In this document: positions 31,912 to 43,025 of the stretch, in pieces
Layout of the letters: each line of letters begins with the position of its first letter
How positions within the stretch are numbered: position 1 is the first letter of the stretch
Notes under the pieces: model-generated
Database searches by the model: none
Told to the model about the DNA's origin: nothing
The model's input: the letters and a program-made list of their open reading frames with translations, nothing else
Made by a program: the position numbers and the translations under genes
Assembly (NCBI GenBank): GCA_041577295.1
Contig: JBFGJG010000012.1
Span: forward strand, 1-64,000
DNA: 64,000 nucleotides
From: Gemmatimonadales bacterium
GTDB taxonomy: Bacteria; Gemmatimonadota; Gemmatimonadetes; Gemmatimonadales; GWC2-71-9
Reading direction: 5' to 3'

Positions 31912-31946
31912 GATTCGCGTCCGATCCTGGCATTGTCGATTCAACT

Positions 31947-31971
31947 TAAGTATCTATAATATAATAGTTTA
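31947..31971. promoter_or_regulatory. IHF-like AT-rich element, copy 3
   Basis: TAA-N4-CTA-N5-TAA-N4-TTA in a very AT-rich patch, starts 39 bp before the sigma54 box. Confidence 0.6.
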
Positions 31972-31985
31972 AGGGCTTGCAGTCA

Positions 31986-32000
31986 TGGCACGTCGGTTGC
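31986..32000 (+). promoter_or_regulatory. Sigma54 -24/-12 promoter, copy 3
   Basis: TGGCAC-GTCGG-TTGC, GG-N10-GC. Confidence 0.85.
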
Positions 32001-32052
32001 CCTTTCCCGTTTGAATGGCATCGGAAATCGACATCATCGTTGGAGGCGCCCG

Positions 32053-33573
32053 ATGAAGTACGTAATCGTCACGCTGACCGCTATCGTGGCGTGTGGCTCG
32101 AGCCTGTCGGCTCAGCAGCTGGTCTTCCAGGACACCCTCACGCTGGCCGATGCGCTGCGGATTGCCGAGGCGAACAGCCCCGTCTACGGCCAGGTCGCCA
32201 ACGATGAGGGTGCCGCCGCGTGGGGAGTGCGCGGCGCATACGCATCGTTCCTTCCATCGTTCACGCTCGGTGGATCGCTGGGCTACCGAGGACCGGGAAC
32301 CCAGACGTTTCTCACGACGACGTTTCGTCAAAGCTCGGCGACGGTGACATCGACGTATTCGGCCACGCTCAGTTGGCAGTTTTCAGGCGAGACACTGTCG
32401 CAACCCGGCTTGCTCCGGGCGCGACGTGATGCCACTGACGCCGACATCGGCGCGGCGGGGCGCCAACTTGAGAGCGACGTGACGGGCCAGTTCCTGAACG
32501 TCCTGCAGACGGAAGCGAATGCCGAATTGCAACGCGTCCAGGTACAGCGAAATGAGGAAAACGAGCGGCTGGCCGACGCGCGCTATGCCGTCGGCCAGGT
32601 GACCAGACTGGACACGCGACAGGCGCAGGTGGCGAGCGGGCAGGCCAAGGTGGAGCTGCTCCGGCTCGAGCAGCTCGTGTTAGTCGAGCGTTTACGGCTC
32701 TTCCAGCTGATGGGTGTCGCACCCCCGGATGACGTCATGGAGATCGCCTTTATTGGGGACCCCGAGATCCGCCCGCTCGAGCTGGAGCTGGACGAGCTGC
32801 TGGCCTTCGCTGCAGAGCGTCACCCGGAGTTGGTCGCGTTACAAAAGCGCGAAGCGGCTGCAGCGTGGGAAGTGCGATCCGTGGGCTCGCAGTTCTTCCC
32901 AACGTTCAACGTCCAAGCCGGATGGTCAGGGTTCGCCCAGCAGTTTACCAACATCGATCCGGTGATTGCGGCGACGTTGGACAATGAATCGGCGTCCGCC
33001 GCCACGCGAATTCAAGATTGCGAGCTGCAAAACGATGTTTTCGCGCGACTGACGGATCCGCTGCCGGCGGTCGATTGTTCCCAGTTTGCCTTTACCCCGG
33101 CAGACCGCACCGCCCTGGAGCAGCAAATTCGCAGTCGTAATGACGTCTTCCCGTTTCGCTTCACACAGCAGCCGTTTCAGGCCTTTATGTTCGTCTCGCT
33201 TCCAATCTTCACTGGCTTTCAACGCGAGCTGCGTCTGGCCGAGACCCGGGCGGCGCGGGAGGATGCGGAGCTAGCCTTACGGGACCGGGCGCTGGGGCTC
33301 CAGACGGAGATCACGCAACGGTACCATGATCTCGAGCGCGCGCTCCAGACGATTGATATTCAAGAGTCGAATCGTTTCGCCGCCCTCGATCAGCTCGAGT
33401 TGGGCCGCGAGCGCTACCGGCTTGGACAGAGCAACTTCGTCGAGTTGTTGGAGGCACAGCTCATCGCGCAGCAGGCGGAACGCGACTATGTCAACGCGAG
33501 ATACGAGTACCATCGCGCCGTCGTGCTGCTCGAGAACGCAGTAGGACGGCCGCTTCGGTCTTCGGTGAATTGA
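32053..33573 (+). CDS. TolC-family outer membrane efflux protein
   Basis: ATG after GGAGG; signal peptide; LTLADALRIAEANSP, ARYAVG, VSLPIFTG, ERYRLGQSNFVELLEAQ, LENAVG (two OEP repeats). Confidence 0.9.
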   Translation: MKYVIVTLTAIVACGSSLSAQQLVFQDTLTLADALRIAEANSPVYGQVANDEGAAAWGVRGAYASFLPSFTLGGSLGYRGPGTQTFLTTTFRQSSATVTSTYSATLSWQFSGETLSQPGLLRARRDATDADIGAAGRQLESDVTGQFLNVLQTEANAELQRVQVQRNEENERLADARYAVGQVTRLDTRQAQVASGQAKVELLRLEQLVLVERLRLFQLMGVAPPDDVMEIAFIGDPEIRPLELELDELLAFAAERHPELVALQKREAAAAWEVRSVGSQFFPTFNVQAGWSGFAQQFTNIDPVIAATLDNESASAATRIQDCELQNDVFARLTDPLPAVDCSQFAFTPADRTALEQQIRSRNDVFPFRFTQQPFQAFMFVSLPIFTGFQRELRLAETRAAREDAELALRDRALGLQTEITQRYHDLERALQTIDIQESNRFAALDQLELGRERYRLGQSNFVELLEAQLIAQQAERDYVNARYEYHRAVVLLENAVGRPLRSSVN

Positions 33574-33600
33574 CTGTCAACGCATACGCGGATCATCACA

Positions 33601-34968
33601 GTGCCAACAGCCCGTCCGAACATCTTGATCGCCGATGACCAGAACGACGTTCTGGAAGCGCTTCGCATGTTGTTGAAAGGGGAGGGGTATGCGACGGAGT
33701 CCGCGACGTCGCCGGGCGCGGTCGTGGCCGCACTGCGTGAGCAAGAGTTCGATGCACTCCTGATGGATCTCAACTACACCAGAGACACGACCTCCGGACG
33801 CGAAGGACTCGACCTGTTGCCACGCATTCAAGCCTTGGACGACGCACTTCCCGTCATCGTGATGACCGCGTGGGGAAGTATCGAGAGTGCGGTGGAGGCA
33901 ATACAGCGGGGCGCGCGGGACTACATCGAGAAGCCGTGGGATAATGCGCGTCTGCTGGCGACGCTCCGCACGCAGGTGGAGCTGGGGCAGGCGATCCGTA
34001 AGAGCCGAAGGCTCGAAGACGAGAACCGTATGCTCCGGCGAGAAGGTTCGCCCACGTTCATCGCCCAGGCACCCGCGATGGATCCCGTGCTGAAGTTGAT
34101 GGCACGGGTGGCGCCTTCCGACGCGAACATCCTGATCACGGGCGAGCACGGAACGGGCAAGGAGGTGGTGGCCCGATGGATCCACGCTTCCTCGGAACGT
34201 CGCGGAAAGCCGTTTGTGACGGTCAACATCGGCGGGCTCTCTGAGAACGTCTTCGAGAGCGAGCTGTTTGGTCACGTCAAAGGGGCGTTCACCGACGCCA
34301 AGGCGGACCGGGTGGGCCGGTTCGAGATGGCGCACGAGGGGACGCTTTTCCTCGACGAGATCGCGAACCTCCCAGCGACTCTCCAACCGAAGCTCTTGCG
34401 CGTCCTGCAAACCGGTGAGTTCGAGCGCGTGGGTTCGTCGCGGAGCCAGCACGTTTCGGTCCGAGTGCTGTCGGCGACCAACGCCGACCTGCGCACTGAG
34501 GTCGAGTCCGGCCGGTTCCGTGAGGACCTTTTGTTCCGGCTCAACACTGTGGAGATTCGTCTGCCGCCGCTGCGCGAGCGACGTGAGGATATCCCGGTGT
34601 TCGCGGCCCACTTCCTCCAACAGTATGCGCAGCGGTACCGCAAGCGTCAGCTGGCTGGTTTTGCTTCGGACGCGATGCAAGCGATGCTCCATCATCACTG
34701 GCCCGGGAACGTTCGAGAGCTCGACCATGCTATCGAGCGAGCCGTGCTCCTGGCAGAGGCCGATCAGATCCGCAGCGTCGATCTGGCGCTTGGCTCCTCC
34801 GGGTCGGATGGCAGCCCCGGTCTCGAGGAAATGACCTTGGACGAGGTCGAGGGTTACCTCATTAAACGCGCGCTACAACGGTTCGATGGCAACGTGACCG
34901 ACGCCGCGAAGGCTTTGGGTCTGAGCCGAAGCGCGCTGTACCGGCGGCTGCAACGATTCGGATTGTGA
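33601..34968 (+). CDS. Sigma54-dependent response regulator (REC-AAA+-Fis HTH, NtrC family)
   Basis: ILIADD, LLMDLNY, GEHGTGKE, ESELFGHVKGAFTDA, LFLDEI, WPGNVREL, AAKALGLSRSALYRRL. Confidence 0.95.
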   Translation: MPTARPNILIADDQNDVLEALRMLLKGEGYATESATSPGAVVAALREQEFDALLMDLNYTRDTTSGREGLDLLPRIQALDDALPVIVMTAWGSIESAVEAIQRGARDYIEKPWDNARLLATLRTQVELGQAIRKSRRLEDENRMLRREGSPTFIAQAPAMDPVLKLMARVAPSDANILITGEHGTGKEVVARWIHASSERRGKPFVTVNIGGLSENVFESELFGHVKGAFTDAKADRVGRFEMAHEGTLFLDEIANLPATLQPKLLRVLQTGEFERVGSSRSQHVSVRVLSATNADLRTEVESGRFREDLLFRLNTVEIRLPPLRERREDIPVFAAHFLQQYAQRYRKRQLAGFASDAMQAMLHHHWPGNVRELDHAIERAVLLAEADQIRSVDLALGSSGSDGSPGLEEMTLDEVEGYLIKRALQRFDGNVTDAAKALGLSRSALYRRLQRFGL

Positions 34969-34975
34969 GTGTGGC

Positions 34976-36295
34976 ATGAAGCGCCGCGAGTTGAGCCACG
35001 ACCGCCGCGTGCTCCTCATGACACTGGCGGCAGGGCTCCCAGGTATCGTCGTTTCGCTCCTGCTGCTCTGGCTGGGTGATTTCACACCAAAAGTTCAATG
35101 GACGCTCGCGATCTTCATTGTGTTCGCATGGTTAGGGTTCGCGTTTGCCGTGCGAGAGCGTGTCATGCGCCCGCTGCAAACGCTCGCGAACCTGCTCGCC
35201 GCGCTCTCGGAAGGCGACTTCTCAGTGCGCGGTCGTGCACCAAAAGGTGACGAGGCGCTCGGCCTCGCCATGCACGAAGTGAACACGCTCAGTGCGACTC
35301 TGCGAGAGCAACGCCTGGGAGCGGTCGAGGCGACGCAGCTGCTGCGTCAAATCATGGTTGAGATCGACGTCGCCGTGTTTGCGTTCGACGACAACCGGCG
35401 GTTACGCCTTGTCAATCACGCGGGTGAGAGGCTCCTGGCAGGGTCGGCTCGCGAGCTGTTGGGGCGTGATGCCGATGTGCTCGGCTTGGGTGAGACCCTC
35501 GATGGGCCTGCGCCCCGCGTGATCGACGTCGCTTTCCCCGGCGGTGCCGGCCGCTGGGACATTCGCCGAGGCGCCTTTCGCCAGGGTGGCCGTCCGCACC
35601 AGCTGCTGGTCCTCTCCGATTTGAGCCAGACGCTACGAGAAGAAGAGCTGCAGGCCTGGAAACGGCTGGTGCGTGTGTTGAGCCACGAGATCAACAATTC
35701 GCTCGCGCCCATCAAGTCCATGGCAGGAAGCCTGAAGGACATGCTTGGCCGAGAGTCCCATCCGGCCGACCTCCTTCCCGATCTCACACGGGGGCTCGAG
35801 GTGATCGCCGGACGCTCGGAGGCGCTGATCCGCTTCATGCAGTCCTACGCCAGGCTCGCAAGGCTCCCGCCCCCGATGCGTGAAACGCTGAACGTCGGAT
35901 TGTGGGTCCGGCGCGTCGCCGGCTTGGAAACGCGTCTGCCTGTCGAGGTCCTCGCCGGCCCAGCGATATCGATCGCCGCCGACGGGGACCAGCTCGACCA
36001 GCTCCTGATCAACCTGGTGAACAACGCCGTGGACGCCGCCCTCGAGACCGGTGGTGGGGTCCGTGTCGGATGGGGGCGACGCAATGGAGCACTCGAGGTG
36101 TGGGTGGAGGACGACGGCCCCGGCTTGGCCGACACCGCCAACCTCTTTGTCCCCTTTTTCACAACGAAACGGAGTGGCTCCGGAATCGGACTCGTCCTGT
36201 GCCGCCAGATCGCCGAGGCGCACGGCGGAACCCTCACCCTCCGCAACCGCCACGACACCCCGGGCTGCACCGCAAAGCTCCGCATACCGCTCTAG
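34976..36295 (+). CDS. Sensor histidine kinase (2 TM-HAMP-PAS-like-HisKA-HATPase, NtrY-like)
   Basis: H-box LSHEINNSLAPI, N-box LINLVNNAVDA, EDDGPG, LFVPFFTTK, GSGIGL. Confidence 0.93.
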   Translation: MKRRELSHDRRVLLMTLAAGLPGIVVSLLLLWLGDFTPKVQWTLAIFIVFAWLGFAFAVRERVMRPLQTLANLLAALSEGDFSVRGRAPKGDEALGLAMHEVNTLSATLREQRLGAVEATQLLRQIMVEIDVAVFAFDDNRRLRLVNHAGERLLAGSARELLGRDADVLGLGETLDGPAPRVIDVAFPGGAGRWDIRRGAFRQGGRPHQLLVLSDLSQTLREEELQAWKRLVRVLSHEINNSLAPIKSMAGSLKDMLGRESHPADLLPDLTRGLEVIAGRSEALIRFMQSYARLARLPPPMRETLNVGLWVRRVAGLETRLPVEVLAGPAISIAADGDQLDQLLINLVNNAVDAALETGGGVRVGWGRRNGALEVWVEDDGPGLADTANLFVPFFTTKRSGSGIGLVLCRQIAEAHGGTLTLRNRHDTPGCTAKLRIPL

Positions 36296-36388
36296 CCGCT
36301 CCGGCCCATTCCGCTCATCCCGCCCTCTTCTGTGAAACCCACCAGGTAGACCATCCGTAGAGCCAGCAACCCTTCAACCGGGAACTCC

Positions 36389-38806
36389 ATGCCCTCCTTT
36401 GTTCAAGACCTCCGGGTTGGCGCAAGGCTCATGCTCAAGAATCCGGGCGTCACCATTCTCGCCGTGTTCGCGCTGAGCCTCGGAATTGGCCTGACCACCA
36501 CGACCTTCAGCATCGTCTACGGCGCCTTGCTCCGGGGCCTTCCGTTTGAGGAGTCACACCGGCTCATGCACCTCGAGCGGAACAACTTGGCCGAGGACAT
36601 CCAGAGCATGGAGGTCACGCTCCACGACTTCCTGGACTGGCAAGAGCAACAAACGAGCTTCGAGGGCCTTGCCGGCTTCTACCAGGGGACCGTGAACGTG
36701 AGCGGCACGGAGCGGCCGGAGCGATATGACGGCGCCTTCATCTCGGCAAACGCGTTCGACATGCTGCGTGCGCGGGCAATGCTCGGACGTGCGTTTCAGG
36801 CTGGTGAAGATGACCCTGCCGCAGCGCCGGTGATTCTCTTGGGGCACCGGGTGTGGCAAGACCGGTTCGACGGGGACCTGGACGTCGTTGGCAAGACCGT
36901 GCGCGCCAACGGCGAGGAGATGACGATCATCGGCGTCATGCCACAAGGCTTCGCGTTTCCTCTTGCCGAGGACGTGTGGCTGCCGCTTCGGATGGACCCT
37001 TTGCGGATCGAGCGTGGGCAGGGCATTACCCTCGAGGTCTTTGGACGGTTACGGGACGGGGTCACCATCGATCAGGCGACAGCTGAGTTTGCCTCGATTG
37101 CCAAACGGCTGGAACTGGAGTATCCCGAGACGAATGAGGGCGTCGGTGCGGTGATCAAGCCGTACACCGAGGAGTACATGGGTGACGAGCCCAAGACACT
37201 GCTGACGACGATGTTCGCCGCGGTTTTTCTCGTGCTCCTGATTGCATGCGCGAACGTCGCAAACCTATTGCTGGCGCGCGCCGCGGCGCGCACCAAAGAA
37301 GTCGCCATCCGTTCAGCGCTCGGTGCAAATCGCCTGCAGGTTGTGCTCCAGATGCTTGCCGAGGCGTTCGTGCTATCCAGCGTCGGGGCGGTTATTGGGC
37401 TGGGTCTCGGCTGGCTTGGCGTGCGCCTGTTCAACGCAGCCATTGCGAACACGGATCCACCCTTCTGGATCGACATCAAGATCGATGCAGTGGCGATTCT
37501 CTTTGTCGTTGGGCTTGCCGTACTCTCAGCAGTGATCGCGGGGATCATCCCCGCTCTTCAGGCCACAGGGACCAAGGTCCACGAAGTGCTCAAGGACGAA
37601 TCCCGGGGCAGCTCGAGCATGCGGCTCGGGAAGCTGACACGGGGCCTCGTGGTGGCTGAAATCGCGCTATCGGTTGGTCTCCTCGTGTCCGCTGGCCTCA
37701 TGATCAAGAGCGTCACGAATCTGCGCACGATCGACTTTGGATTTGCTAGTGCCAATGTGTTTACAGCTCGCGTGGGCTTGTTTGAGACCGACTATCCCGA
37801 CGAGTCAAGCCGCGTGCGATTTGCGCAAGAACTGCAGCAGCGTCTCCGCGCCTTACCGGGTGCGCAAGCTGCGAGCCTCACCTCCGGTCTGCCAGCGTTA
37901 GGCTCGGGCCGGAGTCGCATGGCCGTCGAAGGCGAGGCCTACGCGACCGAGCGCGACTATCCACTCACCCGTCTCAATACAGTTTCTCCGGATTTCTTCG
38001 CAACGTTCGATGTGAGCCTACTCGAAGGGCGTGACTTCCGGTGGTCGGACAACGAAGAGTCGCTTCCCGTGGCGATCGTCAATCAGCCGTTTGCGCAGCG
38101 GCACTTTCCCGACGCCAGTCCGATCGGTCGACGTGTCCGGCTCGGAACGGCGGATACCGAGGAGCCCTGGCTGACCATCGTGGGCGTCGTGCCCGACCTC
38201 TACATGGGTGGTGTCGACAACGAAGACCCCGAAGGACTCTACCTTCCGCTGGGACAGAGTTCACTGCGCTTCATGAGCATGGCGGTCCGCATGGCCGGGA
38301 ACCCCATGGCCGTGGCACCGCTGGTGCGAGAAGAGGTCACCAAGATCGATACAGACCTTCCGATCTATTGGGTCTGGACGATGGCAGACGCTATCGCGCG
38401 TGACACGTGGTTTTACCGCGTGTTCGGCGTGATCTTCATGGTGTTTGGCGGTGTTGCGCTGTTTCTGGCGTCGGTAGGGCTCTACGGCGTAACAGCCTTC
38501 TCGGTGAGCCGGCGCACCCAGGAGGTGGGCGTACGCATGGCACTGGGCGCGAAAACGAGTGACGTGCTCAAGCTCATCTTCCGGCAGGGCGCTGCCCAGC
38601 TCGCCGTCGGCTTGGTGATAGGGGTCGCGTTGGCCGCGGGGCTTTCGCGCGGGCTCGAGGTGGTGCTCTTCCAAGTCGAACCATGGGATCCAGTTATCTT
38701 CGTCACAATCGTACTCGTCCTCGTGGCGACGAGCATCGCTGCCTCGCTGGTCCCCGCGAGACGCGCCACCCGGGTCGACCCAGTCATAGCACTCCGCTAT
38801 GAGTGA
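36389..38806 (+). CDS. ADOP-type duplicated MacB/FtsX ABC permease #12
   Basis: [41 protein letters not shown]. Confidence 0.93.
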   Translation: MPSFVQDLRVGARLMLKNPGVTILAVFALSLGIGLTTTTFSIVYGALLRGLPFEESHRLMHLERNNLAEDIQSMEVTLHDFLDWQEQQTSFEGLAGFYQGTVNVSGTERPERYDGAFISANAFDMLRARAMLGRAFQAGEDDPAAAPVILLGHRVWQDRFDGDLDVVGKTVRANGEEMTIIGVMPQGFAFPLAEDVWLPLRMDPLRIERGQGITLEVFGRLRDGVTIDQATAEFASIAKRLELEYPETNEGVGAVIKPYTEEYMGDEPKTLLTTMFAAVFLVLLIACANVANLLLARAAARTKEVAIRSALGANRLQVVLQMLAEAFVLSSVGAVIGLGLGWLGVRLFNAAIANTDPPFWIDIKIDAVAILFVVGLAVLSAVIAGIIPALQATGTKVHEVLKDESRGSSSMRLGKLTRGLVVAEIALSVGLLVSAGLMIKSVTNLRTIDFGFASANVFTARVGLFETDYPDESSRVRFAQELQQRLRALPGAQAASLTSGLPALGSGRSRMAVEGEAYATERDYPLTRLNTVSPDFFATFDVSLLEGRDFRWSDNEESLPVAIVNQPFAQRHFPDASPIGRRVRLGTADTEEPWLTIVGVVPDLYMGGVDNEDPEGLYLPLGQSSLRFMSMAVRMAGNPMAVAPLVREEVTKIDTDLPIYWVWTMADAIARDTWFYRVFGVIFMVFGGVALFLASVGLYGVTAFSVSRRTQEVGVRMALGAKTSDVLKLIFRQGAAQLAVGLVIGVALAAGLSRGLEVVLFQVEPWDPVIFVTIVLVLVATSIAASLVPARRATRVDPVIALRYE

Positions 38807-39669
38807 CGGGCGGATCCCGATTTCTGCGCCACGAACCGCACAACCGGTCTGGCACCCAGGTCGTCCGTCGTGGTATCCCGACCCGCCACACAGAGTCGAT
38901 CGTAGCCGGCGCTATTGAGCAGCTGAAGGACCTCCTGCGGGTCGTCACCACGCTGTCTCAAGATTGCGTTGTGAAGCTCGATGAAGAGAATCGGCGCAGG
39001 ACGGGCGGCCAGGACGCGCTGACCCCCGCGTAACACGGCGGCCTCGGCCCCTTCCACGTCGATCTTGATGTGGGTTGGGATCACTCCGAGATCCTCGGCC
39101 AAATAGTCGATCGTGACAACGCGAACGTCCACGTAGTCACTCTCCGACTCCCGACCGTCCGCGGGCACAAGGTACCCGTCCGCGATCACTCCTACCGGAA
39201 GCATTTTCTTCCAGCCGCGAGTGGCCCCCACTGCCGCATGGACGACGCGCAGTCGATCGGCCATGCCGTTGAGCTTGGCTTGCACCGTGAGCAAGCGGCC
39301 AGCCATCCGTGAGGGCTCGACCGCGACCGCGCGAGCCCGTGGTCCACCAAAATGCGTCGCGGCGAGGCTGAAGAGGCCAAAGTGGGCGCCGAGATCGAAC
39401 AAGTAGAGATCTTGCGAGCAGTGGGCGATGAACTCGGCGAGCTCCTCTCGCTGAGCGGGATCCAGGAGCTGGGTGCTGGAGAGTGAGCGACGGACGGCTG
39501 GATGACAGCGAACGTGCCACCCCGGGTGCATTTCCAATACGCCATCGGCACCCGCGAAATGGCGCGCTTCGTCCCACAGCCAGCGAGCCGACACGCCCGG
39601 TGCGCGCAGCCAGTTCCTAAGGGATCGCGGTACCAGGGATCGAATCCACTGTCGGGTTAGACCACTCAC
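38797..39669 (-). CDS. FkbM-family SAM-dependent methyltransferase
   Basis: FDLGAHFGLFS, AVAVEPS, HIKIDVEGAE, FIELH; overlaps the convergent permease by 10 bp. Confidence 0.88.
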   Translation of the reverse strand: MSGLTRQWIRSLVPRSLRNWLRAPGVSARWLWDEARHFAGADGVLEMHPGWHVRCHPAVRRSLSSTQLLDPAQREELAEFIAHCSQDLYLFDLGAHFGLFSLAATHFGGPRARAVAVEPSRMAGRLLTVQAKLNGMADRLRVVHAAVGATRGWKKMLPVGVIADGYLVPADGRESESDYVDVRVVTIDYLAEDLGVIPTHIKIDVEGAEAAVLRGGQRVLAARPAPILFIELHNAILRQRGDDPQEVLQLLNSAGYDRLCVAGRDTTTDDLGARPVVRFVAQKSGSARHS

Positions 39670-39794
39670 GGTTCGAATGTACGATGGATCGGCCGAGGTC
39701 GCAGCGTGAGCAACGGGTTGGTATCTTTGGCGCGAGATTGCTCTTTACCGCGAGCTCAGGCCCACCGCTGTCCTTGCAACGCAGGCTAAGACAC

Positions 39795-40790
39795 GTGACG
39801 GAACTAGTCGTCGAAAACCTCCGCGGTGGTGTACTGGAATCGTGCCATCGAGTGTCGGCAGCGGTAGTCGATGCCGATGGACGCCTCGTCGCCCGAGCCG
39901 GTGACCCCGAGCTCGCGACGTTCATGCGGTCTGCCGCCAAGCCCTTTCAGGCGCTTCCTCTGCTCGTCGATGGCGCGGCAGACCACTTCGAGGTGACGCC
40001 GCAGGAGCTAGCGCTCGCGTGCGCATCGCACAACTCGGAGCGCTATCAGGTTGCGCTGGTGCGCGCCTGGCTCGAGCGAATCCGGTGTGTCGAGGGCGAT
40101 CTCGCCTGCGGTGCACACGCCCCGCTCTCGGTGGACTATGCGATCATGGATGGCAAGGAGAAGATCGAGACGGATCCGCCCTCGCGCCTGGCCAGCAACT
40201 GCTCCGGCAAGCACACGGGAATGCTCACGCTCGCCAGACACCACGACTGGCCCATCGCCGGGTACCACCGGTCCGACCACCCGGTGCAGCACCGGGTGAA
40301 ACGGGAGCTGGCCCGTTGGTGCCGCGTGAGCCCAACCTCGCTTCCCGAGGGTACGGATGGTTGTGGAGTAGTCACGTTCGCCCTTCCCCTTTCCGCCATG
40401 GCCGCCGCTCTTGCGCGGCTCGTGACGTCGAGCGACGCGGGGCCGAAGGCCGTCGTATCCGCTATGTCCACGCACCCGGACCTCGTGGCCGGCCACGGAC
40501 GCCTTTGCACCGCGTTGATGGAGGCATACCCTCACAAACTGATTGCCAAGGTCGGCGCAGAAGGGGTTTACGTCGCGGGCCTCATTGATCGGGGCTGGGG
40601 ACTTGCGCTCAAGGTCGAGGACGGGCACGGCAAGGCAGCGATGGTGGCCGTGGTTCGCATGCTCGACCGACTCGATCTGGAACCCAGTCCCACAGTGCGC
40701 CTACCCAGCGCCGCCGCTATTCCTATTCGGAATACGCGCGATGAAGGTGTGGGCGAAATCCGAGCACGTGGTGATCTCACGTTCGTTTGA
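39795..40790 (+). CDS. L-asparaginase II (Rhizobium etli AnsA type)
   Basis: RSAAKPFQALP, CASHN, NCSGKH, DGCG, AKVGAEG; GTG start inferred. Confidence 0.88.
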   Translation: MTELVVENLRGGVLESCHRVSAAVVDADGRLVARAGDPELATFMRSAAKPFQALPLLVDGAADHFEVTPQELALACASHNSERYQVALVRAWLERIRCVEGDLACGAHAPLSVDYAIMDGKEKIETDPPSRLASNCSGKHTGMLTLARHHDWPIAGYHRSDHPVQHRVKRELARWCRVSPTSLPEGTDGCGVVTFALPLSAMAAALARLVTSSDAGPKAVVSAMSTHPDLVAGHGRLCTALMEAYPHKLIAKVGAEGVYVAGLIDRGWGLALKVEDGHGKAAMVAVVRMLDRLDLEPSPTVRLPSAAAIPIRNTRDEGVGEIRARGDLTFV

Positions 40791-40850
40791 CCACGAGTGC
40801 AACGGTTTGGTTGGACCGGCAAACCCTCGACACAGCATGCTCGGGGGTAA

Positions 40851-42976
<2,126 letters not shown>

Positions 42977-43025
42977 CGCGAGGGCGACCTTTCGGACTCT
43001 CTCCAGACCTCACATATTCGGACGC

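Noticed and set aside
32016..32030. Second TGGCAT after the third sigma54 box
   Set aside because: No GC at the -12 position (reads ATCG)
33577..34728. 383-aa minus-strand ORF
   Set aside because: Antisense shadow of the response regulator, with no recognisable motifs
39671..39741. GTTCGAATGTACGAT half-match to the activator site and TGGCGCGAGATTGC sigma54-like box
   Set aside because: Only one half-site, GG-N9-GC spacing is one base short, and the 75-76 bp geometry is missing
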